Shown here one piece after another: positions 25,410 to 34,141 of a stretch of 64,000 nt of DNA (within the stretch, counting starts at the first letter, position 1; every line of letters begins with the position of its first letter). The notes below the pieces were generated by a model that was given only the letters and a program-made list of their open reading frames with translations, had not been told where the DNA came from and did no database searches. Source of the stretch: an uncultured Pseudomonadales bacterium (lineage in GTDB: Bacteria; Patescibacteriota; Microgenomatia; UBA1400; PJMF01); NCBI GenBank assembly GCA_964511345.1, contig CAZEEV010000001.1:8089-72088 (forward strand), given 5' to 3'. A program made the position numbers and the translations under genes.

Positions 25410-27167
25410 CTATTTAACCGTCACGCTTTTAGCTAAATTCCTAGGCTTGTCTGGGTCCAATTTTTTAATCAAAGCAATCTCGTAAGTAAGTAATTGGGCA
25501 ACAATAATACTACTTAGATTAGTAAATTTATCCGTTTGTGGCAGTTCAATAAAAAGATCAAAAATCTCTTCATTTTTGGTAGCAATACCAATTACCTCAG
25601 CTCCTCTGGCCTTGACTTCATGAGCACTAGAAAGCATATTTTCTCTGTTCTCTTTATTTAACAAACAAATCACTGGCGTCTCTTTTTCGATCAAAGCAAT
25701 GACACCGTGTTTTAATTCGCCAGCACTGAAACCTTCGGCATGAAGATAGGAGACCTCCTTGATTTTGAGGGCAAATTCTAGAGCACTCGCTAAAAGTTGC
25801 CCGCGGCCAAGAATATATAAATCTTTTTTTTGACTTAGCAATTTAGCGATTTTTTTAATGTCATTCATGATTTTTTCATTGGCAAGCCAGTCGGTTAATT
25901 GTTTGGAAAAGTCTTTAATCTCTTTTTTGAATGAGAAGCCTTTATTCTCTAAATAGCTGGCCAGTGCCATGCCAAAAAGCATGTGTGCAGTTAATGCTTT
26001 TGTACTAGCAACTCCAACTTCTGCTCCTACGTTGAGAGGATAAGCAATATCAGCTAGTTTAGTTAGAGTTGAAGCTGGCATATTAACTGCCGAAACGATG
26101 AAAACACCTTTAGCTTTCATTTGTTCTACGGCTTCTATGGTGTCGGCTGTTTCACCACTTTGGCTAAGAATAATAGTGAGGTCTTGTTTGCTAAAATCTT
26201 GCATAAAATCTGTGTAATCATAAGCTGGCACATGATACACATTTTGTTTGTTCTTTCTTAAATTAGAAACAATGCTTAGGGCGGCATAACTCGCTGAACC
26301 TGCGCCAACTACGTAGATATTTCTTGATAATTCAATTTTTTCTGCGATTTTTGGAAATAATTCTTCACTTTTATCTAATACTTTGATGAGACTTTCTTTT
26401 TGTTCATAAATTTCTTTCAACATAAAATGAGCATAACTACCTTTATCTATTTCTAAGGCTTGCTGATCCATTTTATGAAAGCTTATTTTTTTTGTAGCTA
26501 GATTTTTTGCTTGATAAACCTCGATATTTTGCCCATCAAAATGAATGATTTCTTGATTCTCAATGACGTAATAACTTTTAGCATCATGACTTATTGAAGC
26601 GAGGTCGGAAGAAAAAAAGTAATTGTTTTTTTCACCTTGCCCAACTATCAGAGGCGAACCTTGGCGATAAGCCCACATTTCACCGTCTTTATTCAATAAA
26701 AGGATGGTATTACGACCAGCCATTTTCTTGATTACTTTAACAAATTTTTTCAGCTCAATTTTTTCTTGGCATTCTTTTTCTAGTAGAGCCACAATTACCT
26801 CAGTGTCAGTCTCTGTTTGGAATTTGTAGCCGTCTTTTTGCAGCTGATTTTTTAATTCTTGATAATTTTCTAGAACACCGTTCTGCACTAAAGCAAAGTT
26901 ACTATTCTGTGCCAGATGCGGATGCGCATTTTTTTCTTTGACCCCGCCATGAGTAGCCCAACGGGTATGACCGATGGCGTTATCACTATTAGCGAGTTTG
27001 AGTTTTTTTACTAGACTGATTTTACCCACGTGTTTTTCAATTTCTATTTTATTACTTAATGTGGCAATGCCCCACGAATCGTAGCCACGATATTCAATTC
27101 TTTTAAGTCCAGCTAAAACTTTAGTAGTTGCGTCAACATTGCCTAAACAGGCGTAGATACCACACAT
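25410..27167 (-). CDS. glmS: Glutamine--fructose-6-phosphate transaminase
   Basis: MCGI, EYRGYDSWG, GHTRWATHG, SQSGETAD, ELKHG, PRNLAKSVTVK. Confidence 0.98.
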   Translation of the reverse strand: MCGIYACLGNVDATTKVLAGLKRIEYRGYDSWGIATLSNKIEIEKHVGKISLVKKLKLANSDNAIGHTRWATHGGVKEKNAHPHLAQNSNFALVQNGVLENYQELKNQLQKDGYKFQTETDTEVIVALLEKECQEKIELKKFVKVIKKMAGRNTILLLNKDGEMWAYRQGSPLIVGQGEKNNYFFSSDLASISHDAKSYYVIENQEIIHFDGQNIEVYQAKNLATKKISFHKMDQQALEIDKGSYAHFMLKEIYEQKESLIKVLDKSEELFPKIAEKIELSRNIYVVGAGSASYAALSIVSNLRKNKQNVYHVPAYDYTDFMQDFSKQDLTIILSQSGETADTIEAVEQMKAKGVFIVSAVNMPASTLTKLADIAYPLNVGAEVGVASTKALTAHMLFGMALASYLENKGFSFKKEIKDFSKQLTDWLANEKIMNDIKKIAKLLSQKKDLYILGRGQLLASALEFALKIKEVSYLHAEGFSAGELKHGVIALIEKETPVICLLNKENRENMLSSAHEVKARGAEVIGIATKNEEIFDLFIELPQTDKFTNLSSIIVAQLLTYEIALIKKLDPDKPRNLAKSVTVK

Positions 27168-27207
27168 ATATATTCCTTTTTTTAGATTAATGATAATTTT
27201 AAGATTT

Positions 27208-27400
27208 TTAAATTAAGACTTTGTTGATTTGATCTTAATTTTTAATGGATGGATCTTTGTTTTTGACTATTAACCACCCAAAGGGTCTCCGTAGATGCTC
27301 TGCAAATTTGTCTTGCAGGTCCGATCGCTATTTAACTTTTAAGATTAAATAACATCCCTCTTCCTCGTCTCCTTGTTTTTTAAGCAAGGCCACACGCTCG
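27208..27400 (-). ncRNA. glmS riboswitch-ribozyme, variant
   Basis: Minus strand: AGCG cleavage motif (27398-27395), P1 CCTTG/CAAGG, GACGAGG (27369-27363), ATCG, P2.2 CGTG/TACG, P2 AGAGGG/CCCTTT, P3 GGGTGG/CCATCC, P4-like AATTAAGAT/GTCTTAATT; directly upstream of glmS. Confidence 0.8.
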
Positions 27401-27509
27401 ACTTAAATACTGATGTTTTTCCTTTCTGTTAATTACTATTAACTTTAAGTATAGCACTACAATTTTTTAAAATTGCCTTTTTACTCTTTTTATAATAAAC
27501 TTTTCTGAC

Positions 27510-27953
27510 ATGAAACAAAAAATTATTACCCTTCTCGTAGTGGTTTTAATAGCAGGCCTTTTATCCCTGGTGGTTATTGGCAGTAATAATAAAGAGAAAA
27601 AAACAGCAGAACAAAAAATTGAGGAGTTGAAAAATGCTGAACCAATTTTTTACTACGGCAATACTTGTCCACACTGCAAGGATGTTGAAGAGTGGTTTAA
27701 AGCTAATCAAGTTGAAGAAAAAATTAAATTTAGCCAAAAAGAAGTTTATGACAATAGAGAAAATGCTGCTGAGTTGACTAAGGTGGCAGTTAGCTGTGGT
27801 TTGGATGCCAATAATATTGGTGTGCCATTTTTATATGCCGAGGGTCAATGTTTAATTGGTTCTCCAGATATCATTAGTTACTTTGCTCAAAAACTAAACA
27901 TAGAAGTGACAACAACTGAAGAGGCCAGTGCTGCTACAGAGTTAAATAACTAA
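27510..27953 (+). CDS. Membrane-anchored thioredoxin/glutaredoxin-like protein
   Basis: N-terminal TM, CPHC, GVPFL. Confidence 0.8.
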   Translation: MKQKIITLLVVVLIAGLLSLVVIGSNNKEKKTAEQKIEELKNAEPIFYYGNTCPHCKDVEEWFKANQVEEKIKFSQKEVYDNRENAAELTKVAVSCGLDANNIGVPFLYAEGQCLIGSPDIISYFAQKLNIEVTTTEEASAATELNN

Positions 27954-29065
27954 ATTTGTTCTCTGATAAATTTTTGTATTTCAGTCCAATTATTCATGCC
28001 GGCTTTGGGAATGACTATTGATGCTCCTTCGCTCGATCTGCTACTTTGCAAAGTATTCTCTGGAGTGAGATTGATTGTTTTGACTTCAAATTCGTTTGCA
28101 TTGGCTAATAGTGGAGCTAAATATTTAGCGCTTTCTAGATCGAGATTGGTGGTTACGTGTTTAGAAAAAGCCTCGTAAAATTTAGGGATTTGTTTGAGGG
28201 CTTCCAATTTAAATAATTTATTACGAATGGCTGTTAGTACTTCGACTTGGCGGCGACTACGATCATAATCGCTAGAACTGTGGCGCGAGCGTACGTACGC
28301 GAGCGCATCGTGTCCTTCCATAATAACTTTGCCTTGCTTATACAAAAGATGTTCATAGCGGCAGGCAAATTTACTTTCTAGTTCGAAACCACTATGAGTG
28401 GCGGTTAAATTGGCGATTTCTTCTGCACTGTAGCCACAGGGATCGAGTTGAGCGCCTTCAATTGGATACCAAGCGTCTTCTAAGGTTTGGCCAACATCAA
28501 CTTCAATACTATTTAGCTCATAGCCAACGACACGCTTAAAACCAACAAAATCAATGCCAATCATGTATTTAATTGGCAAGCCAATCATTTGGCTAATACT
28601 TGTTTGCATGAGTTCTAATCCAGATTTAACACCGCCGCCATTGCTCATGCCTGCACTCATGAGTGTATTAACCTTATATCCTTTTTGATCTTTGTTGACT
28701 AAGTAAAGATCTCTGGGAATAGAAATAAAACTAATAATCTTTTTTTCAAAGTCAAAATGAACAACCTGAATAATGTCGCTCAAATATCCGCCTTGATGAC
28801 CTGCGCCACCATAACCAGCTAGTAAGACATTGAGGGTTTTTTTATCTTCTTCTTGGACATTATTTGGATCCAAACTAATTGCTTGGTCAAAATCAATGGG
28901 ATTGTTTGTATCTTCTGAAACGATAGTCTTGTGTTGAGCAAAATAACGGTAGCTGACTACTGCGGAAACACTAATGAGCAAAAGGGCAATTGCCGAAAAT
29001 ACGGAATAAAGTATGATCTTTTGTTTTTTTTCTAAATTTCTTTTTCTTTGAAAATATTTAAACAT
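27950..29065 (-). CDS. LCP (LytR-CpsA-Psr) family protein
   Basis: NVLLAG, LSDII, ISIPRDLY, ALAYVRSRH, SDYDRSRRQ. Confidence 0.92.
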   Translation of the reverse strand: MFKYFQRKRNLEKKQKIILYSVFSAIALLLISVSAVVSYRYFAQHKTIVSEDTNNPIDFDQAISLDPNNVQEEDKKTLNVLLAGYGGAGHQGGYLSDIIQVVHFDFEKKIISFISIPRDLYLVNKDQKGYKVNTLMSAGMSNGGGVKSGLELMQTSISQMIGLPIKYMIGIDFVGFKRVVGYELNSIEVDVGQTLEDAWYPIEGAQLDPCGYSAEEIANLTATHSGFELESKFACRYEHLLYKQGKVIMEGHDALAYVRSRHSSSDYDRSRRQVEVLTAIRNKLFKLEALKQIPKFYEAFSKHVTTNLDLESAKYLAPLLANANEFEVKTINLTPENTLQSSRSSEGASIVIPKAGMNNWTEIQKFIREQI

Positions 29066-29427
29066 TAGTCTTTAAAATCTTCTTTAATTTTTTTGAATTT
29101 TTCTTCTAGTGCATCAATTTCTTCGTCGGTGTCTTCTTCAATTTCAATAAGCTTGTTGCTAGCAGCCTTAGTAACTTTAATTAATTCATCTAATTTTAAG
29201 TGTATAGCCTTAGAGTCACGATTTTGCGTATTTTGAATCAAGAATACCATCAAAAAAGTAATGATAGTGGTGGTGGTGTTGATGGCTAATTGCCAGGTGT
29301 CAGAGTAATTAAATAATGGCCCGCTAATTAACCAAATGATAACCATCGAAACAGCAAGAATAAAGGTAATGGCTTTGCCGGTGATGATAGCTATTTTATC
29401 TGAGATTTTGCGAAATAATTTGTTCAT
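29065..29427 (-). CDS. Low-affinity iron permease family protein
   Basis: WQLAINTTTTIITFLMVFLIQNTQNRDSKAIHLKLDELI; start MNKLF after TATACT-7nt. Confidence 0.88.
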   Translation of the reverse strand: MNKLFRKISDKIAIITGKAITFILAVSMVIIWLISGPLFNYSDTWQLAINTTTTIITFLMVFLIQNTQNRDSKAIHLKLDELIKVTKAASNKLIEIEEDTDEEIDALEEKFKKIKEDFKD

Positions 29428-29503
29428 GTTTTCGAGTATAAACAATAAATTCACTTATCACAACCGCCGTGAGGTTGGTGGCTTTTAATGCTATAATTTC
29501 CTC

Positions 29504-30214
29504 ATGACAGAAATTTTTCAAGCCAAAGAATTTGTTTTTCCTTATGAGAGTCATCGTTTTCCCGGCCAAGCCACTGATGAGAGAATTCTTTATATTGCCA
29601 GAGAACATAAGCTTTTTTTGTTTCTAAAAATGTTTTTTGTCGCCTTGATTGCTGTAGCAATTTCTTTAGCTTTTTATGTCTTTTCTTTAGCTTTTAAAAG
29701 TATTTTCGTTGCCAATTCAGTGGCATTTTTATTTCCATTGATCTTAATTGTAGTAGGTGGTTTTGCGGCAATTGGTTTTTGGTGGGTTTATAGTTTATGG
29801 CAGAAAAGCTTAGCTATTTTGACTAATAAACGTTTGACTAAAATTGTTTATACCACTCCTTTTAATCGTTACAACCAAAGCCTGCCATTGGAAATGGTTG
29901 TTGATACGAGCTGCAATAATCAAGGCTTTTTTGCAGGCGTAGCGCACTCTCTTTTACAAATTGGGACTTTAACTGCACGTTCTAGTGCTTCAAGTTCTGG
30001 TGTTGCCACCGACGACACAGACAGAATTAATAAAAAATATTTCTATTTAGAGAACATTAAATATTGCGAAGATTTGCAACAATACTTAAATAAAATTTTG
30101 AGTTTGTTTAATCAGTCTCCAGAATCTTTAGTAAATTTCAGACCTTTCATTCCAGCTCTCAAGGGTGAAGCTAGAGAAAAGTTCATCAAAGAGAACTACA
30201 GTGATAAAGCATAA
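29504..30214 (+). CDS. Two-TM protein with probable bacterial PH domain
   Basis: Two TM helices followed by LTNKRL; leaderless start. Confidence 0.65.
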   Translation: MTEIFQAKEFVFPYESHRFPGQATDERILYIAREHKLFLFLKMFFVALIAVAISLAFYVFSLAFKSIFVANSVAFLFPLILIVVGGFAAIGFWWVYSLWQKSLAILTNKRLTKIVYTTPFNRYNQSLPLEMVVDTSCNNQGFFAGVAHSLLQIGTLTARSSASSSGVATDDTDRINKKYFYLENIKYCEDLQQYLNKILSLFNQSPESLVNFRPFIPALKGEAREKFIKENYSDKA

Positions 30215-30218
30215 GCCC

Positions 30219-31379
30219 ATGTTCGACGATAATCTTCAAGATATTTTAAATAAATATGACTATCCGCTGGATGAAAAAAAGATTGCCAATCAACCGGCTT
30301 TTCCTCGCGATTCCTCTAAGCTTTTAATTTTAAATAGACAAACTGGAGCAATAGAAGATCATCATTTTTATGAATTAGCTGATTTTTTATCAGATCAGGA
30401 TGTTTTAGTCCTCAATGAAACTAAAGTTTTTTCTGCTAGGCTGCTTGGCAAAAAACAAAGTGGTGGTAAGGCAGAACTTTTACTAATCAAGCAAATTGGT
30501 TTAGACAGTTTTGAAGCCATTTCCAAACCAGGTCTAAAAATGGGTCAAAGATTATTCTTTCCCAGAAGAAGTTTTTTGGAAAGTGACGGTAGTTTGTCAG
30601 CCGATTTAGATTTTACTGATTTTCTCCAGGCAGAAATAATTTTTAGAGATGAAAATAGTGCTAAGGTTCAAGTAAAATTCAATCAAAATGGCATCAATCT
30701 ACTTAGAGAAATTGATCTTTGTGGTTTTACTCCTTTACCTCCATACATTAGGCCAACTCAAAGTGAAGAAGAAATTAAAGAAGAATATCAGACAGTTTAC
30801 GCTAGGGAAGAAGGTTCAGCGGCGGCTCCAACTGCGGGATTACATTTCACGCAGGAACTTCTAGATAAACTAAAACAAAAAGGTGTGCAGATTGAAAAAA
30901 TTACTTTGCACGTAGGACTAGGAACTTTTGCCAAACTAACTAGCGAAAATTTAGCCTCCAAAACTTTGCACAGCGAATATTATGAAATTTCCAAGGAAGT
31001 TGCTGATCGCCTTAACCAAGCTAAGAAGCTTGGTAAGAGAATAATCTCAGTGGGAACAACCACGACTCGTAGTTTAGAGTCAGCAGTGCTTCTTTCTGCT
31101 TCTCAAAAAGAAATTTGTGCAGTGGCTAAAGAAACTAATATCTTTATTGATCCGCCTTACCAGTTTCATTTTGTCGATGGCTTGATTACTAATTTTCATT
31201 TACCAAAATCAAGTTTATTAATGCTGGTCTCTGCTTTTTGTTCTATCCCAAATACTAAGCAGGAGTTTACAGATTTTCTAAGTTCAAGTATTGGGCAAGC
31301 TTACCTTAATGCACTCGAGAACGATTACCGTTTTTTTAGCTTCGGTGATGCGATGCTAATCACAGACTCTAAACTCTAA
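30219..31379 (+). CDS. queA: S-adenosylmethionine:tRNA ribosyltransferase-isomerase
   Basis: PLPPYI, YQTVYA, GSAAAPTAGLHFT, TLHVGLGTF, TNFHLPKS, YRFFSFGDAM. Confidence 0.97.
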   Translation: MFDDNLQDILNKYDYPLDEKKIANQPAFPRDSSKLLILNRQTGAIEDHHFYELADFLSDQDVLVLNETKVFSARLLGKKQSGGKAELLLIKQIGLDSFEAISKPGLKMGQRLFFPRRSFLESDGSLSADLDFTDFLQAEIIFRDENSAKVQVKFNQNGINLLREIDLCGFTPLPPYIRPTQSEEEIKEEYQTVYAREEGSAAAPTAGLHFTQELLDKLKQKGVQIEKITLHVGLGTFAKLTSENLASKTLHSEYYEISKEVADRLNQAKKLGKRIISVGTTTTRSLESAVLLSASQKEICAVAKETNIFIDPPYQFHFVDGLITNFHLPKSSLLMLVSAFCSIPNTKQEFTDFLSSSIGQAYLNALENDYRFFSFGDAMLITDSKL

Positions 31380-31526
31380 TCATAGCCACATTCGACTAAA
31401 ATTGTTTGGTTTAATAGATCTGAAAATCTTTGTCTCATTCAAAGAAGTCGCTGTTGATGTGCTTATTAGTTTAGTATAGTCTTTGCCCAGCTCCTTCTAT
31501 GGGCTATGATTAGAGTTTAGAGTCTG
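31363..31526. repeat. 164-bp element with perfect 25-bp terminal inverted repeats (MITE-like or structured RNA)
   Basis: CAGACTCTAAACTCTAATCATAGCC (31363-31387) and its exact reverse complement (31502-31526); CA on both flanks. Confidence 0.8.
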
Positions 31527-31549
31527 CATTATAAAGATATAAAAAGTTT

Positions 31550-32719
31550 ATGGATATTTCTAACGATAAAAAACTAGCGCTTAAAAGTATTTTGCAGTGG
31601 TATGCCAAAGAGGTAGATCACAAACAATTTGTGACTTTGGGTGGCTATGCTGGAACAGGCAAGACTACCTTAATTGCTATTTTACGTAAGCTTCTATTTA
31701 AACAAGATCCGAAGCTCAAAGTAGCTTTTGCAGCTTTCACGGGAAAAGCGACTAGAGTTTTGAAGAACTATCTCAAAGATAATGAAGTTTTGTATAAAGG
31801 TGACAGTGTGGGAACCATTCATTCTTTGATTTACAGTGTCATTGAAAATGAGCATCATGAAATCGTAGGTTGGAAACGTAAAGAAGAACTCAAAACTGAT
31901 TTAATTATCATCGATGAAGCCTCCATGGTGGATCAAAAAATTTGGTATGACCTACTTTCCTACGACGTGCCTATTTTGGCCGTGGGTGATCATGGGCAGT
32001 TGCCTCCAGTCAGCGGGCAATTTAACCTCATGGAAAATCCAGAGATTAAATTAGAAGAAATTCATCGTCAGGTGGCTGATAATCCTATTATTAAGCTATC
32101 CATCGAAGCCAGAAAGTATGGCCGCATTAAAATTGGTAATTATGGCAAAGGAGTTCGTAAGTTAGCTAAAGATGATCCAGAATCACAGGAAATTATTGAA
32201 AATTATTTGCAGCAATATAATCAAGAAACGCTGATTTTATGTGGTTACAATAATACCCGCATTAAATTAAATAATTATTTGCGCAATATTTTAGGTTACG
32301 ATTCTCCTTTACCGATGGCTGGTGATCGAGTGATTTGTTTACGTAATAAGCAACAAAAAGCTATTTTCAATGGCATGCTGGGAACATTGCAGAGAATTAC
32401 CAGTAAAGATGATAATTTTTATGACGTGAAAATTCTCTTTGATGATGAAGAACAAGTTTTTGAAGGTTTAGCCGTGAAAAAACAATTTGGCTCGAGTGCG
32501 GCTCTTAATTTCACAAGAGAATCTCGCGCCTTAACTTTGCAGGCTGAGCTTTTTGATTTTGCCTATGCTCTCACAGTCCATAAGGCACAGGGTAGCCAAG
32601 CAAGTAGAGTCATTCTTTTTGAAGAACGTTTCAAACAAATGTCAGATTTGGATTGGCGCCGTTGGCTTTACACGGCTGTTACTAGAGCAGAAGAAGAACT
32701 AATTATTCTTGGCGATTAG
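31550..32719 (+). CDS. RecD/Dda-like SF1B helicase (short form)
   Basis: GYAGTGKT, FTGKA, IIDEASM, VGDHGQLPPV, YALTVHKAQGS, YTAVTRA. Confidence 0.9.
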   Translation: MDISNDKKLALKSILQWYAKEVDHKQFVTLGGYAGTGKTTLIAILRKLLFKQDPKLKVAFAAFTGKATRVLKNYLKDNEVLYKGDSVGTIHSLIYSVIENEHHEIVGWKRKEELKTDLIIIDEASMVDQKIWYDLLSYDVPILAVGDHGQLPPVSGQFNLMENPEIKLEEIHRQVADNPIIKLSIEARKYGRIKIGNYGKGVRKLAKDDPESQEIIENYLQQYNQETLILCGYNNTRIKLNNYLRNILGYDSPLPMAGDRVICLRNKQQKAIFNGMLGTLQRITSKDDNFYDVKILFDDEEQVFEGLAVKKQFGSSAALNFTRESRALTLQAELFDFAYALTVHKAQGSQASRVILFEERFKQMSDLDWRRWLYTAVTRAEEELIILGD

Positions 32720-32736
32720 GCGCTATAATACCAAGT

Positions 32737-33483
32737 ATGAAAATTCGTTTGAATAAATTTCTAGCTGATCTTGGTCTTGCTTCTCGTCGTAAGGCTGATG
32801 TCTTGATTGAAGAAGGAAAAGTTCTGCTCAATCATAAAAAAGCCAAGCTTGGTGACAAAGTTGATCCAACTCAGGACGAAGTGATGCTCAACGGTAAGAG
32901 ACTTGATCAAGGCAATAAAGAAAATTTTGAATATTGGCTGCTCAATAAACCTTTTAATGTTATTTCTAGTGTTAGTGATGAAGCAAACCGTAAAACTGTT
33001 TTTGATTACGTCAAAAGCAAAACCAAGGCCAGAGTCTATCCAGTGGGACGTTTGGATTATCAATCAGAAGGTCTTTTATTGATGACTAATGATGGAGAAT
33101 TAGCTCATCGTTTAACTCATCCTAAATATCAGGTGGAGAAAGTTTATAAAGTTTGGGCAAACGGCATTTTTTCTGAAGGAAAAATGGAAAGATTACTACG
33201 CGGTGTGCGTTTATCTGAAGGTAAAATTTCTTTCGATAAAATGGAATTAATTGAAAAAGAAGGTCGCGATTTTGTACTTAAAATTGCCATCCACCAAGGC
33301 GTCAAACGCGAGATTCGTCGTGTTTGTGCTAAGGTCGGTTGGGAAGTGACTAAATTACTGAGAGTTCAGTTGGGTAATTTGGTAATGACTAATTTAACCG
33401 TTGGCAATGTTAGAAAATTAGAAGAACAAGAAGTAAAAGACTTACAAAAATTGGTAGGTTTGGATGAAAACTCTAATCTTTGA
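32737..33483 (+). CDS. rRNA pseudouridine synthase, RsuA/RluB family
   Basis: S4 domain RLNKFLA..SRRKAD, NKP, VGRLDYQSEGLLLMTNDG. Confidence 0.93.
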   Translation: MKIRLNKFLADLGLASRRKADVLIEEGKVLLNHKKAKLGDKVDPTQDEVMLNGKRLDQGNKENFEYWLLNKPFNVISSVSDEANRKTVFDYVKSKTKARVYPVGRLDYQSEGLLLMTNDGELAHRLTHPKYQVEKVYKVWANGIFSEGKMERLLRGVRLSEGKISFDKMELIEKEGRDFVLKIAIHQGVKREIRRVCAKVGWEVTKLLRVQLGNLVMTNLTVGNVRKLEEQEVKDLQKLVGLDENSNL

Positions 33484-34084
33484 TTTTGATGGTACGCTGG
33501 TCGATAGCATGCAACTTTATGTGCGCGGCTTTAATGCGATTGGTGCAGATTTTGGTTTGCCCAAAATTGATAAACATAACTTGCAGGAGATGAAGCAATC
33601 TTCAATTCAAGATTTAACCAAAAAATATGGTATTGGTCCATTGAAATTAGCCAAATTAATTTTCACAGTCAATAAAAATATTAGACAAGAAATAGCCACG
33701 GTAGAATTTTTTCCAAAAATCAAACCTTTGTTAATCAGGCTTTCCAAGAAATACCAATTGGGTATTTTAACTTCCAATCATGTAGAAAATGTCGAGGATT
33801 TTTTGAAGAAACAAAATTTCGAAGGAGTTTTCGATTTTGTTTATGCCAGCAAGAATTTATTTGGTAAAGATAAAATATTAAGTGGCTTATTAAAGAAATA
33901 TCATCTAAAGAAAGAAGAAGTTTTATATTTGGGCGATGAGATGCGAGATATCGAAGCCTGCCAAAAAATGCAGGTTAAAATAGCGGCTGTAACTTGGGGT
34001 TTTAATGACAAAAGTCTACTTGCTGCTAAAAATCCAGACTACTTGTTTTCCTCTCCTGATGAAATTGCTACTTTATTGATCTAG
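33464..34084 (+). CDS. HAD family hydrolase
   Basis: FDFDGTLVDS, LTSN, YLGDEMRD. Confidence 0.9.
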   Translation: MKTLIFDFDGTLVDSMQLYVRGFNAIGADFGLPKIDKHNLQEMKQSSIQDLTKKYGIGPLKLAKLIFTVNKNIRQEIATVEFFPKIKPLLIRLSKKYQLGILTSNHVENVEDFLKKQNFEGVFDFVYASKNLFGKDKILSGLLKKYHLKKEEVLYLGDEMRDIEACQKMQVKIAAVTWGFNDKSLLAAKNPDYLFSSPDEIATLLI

Positions 34085-34141
34085 TCTAATCATTAGTGTT
34101 TGCTTGTATCCCTATCTTTTTGCGAGTATAATACCTTCTTT

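Noticed and set aside
29455-29482. Small GC-rich hairpin (CAACC/GGTTG) between the iron permease and PH-domain genes as a riboswitch
   Set aside because: Only 5-6 bp and upstream of both predicted leaderless start sites, so probably not transcribed
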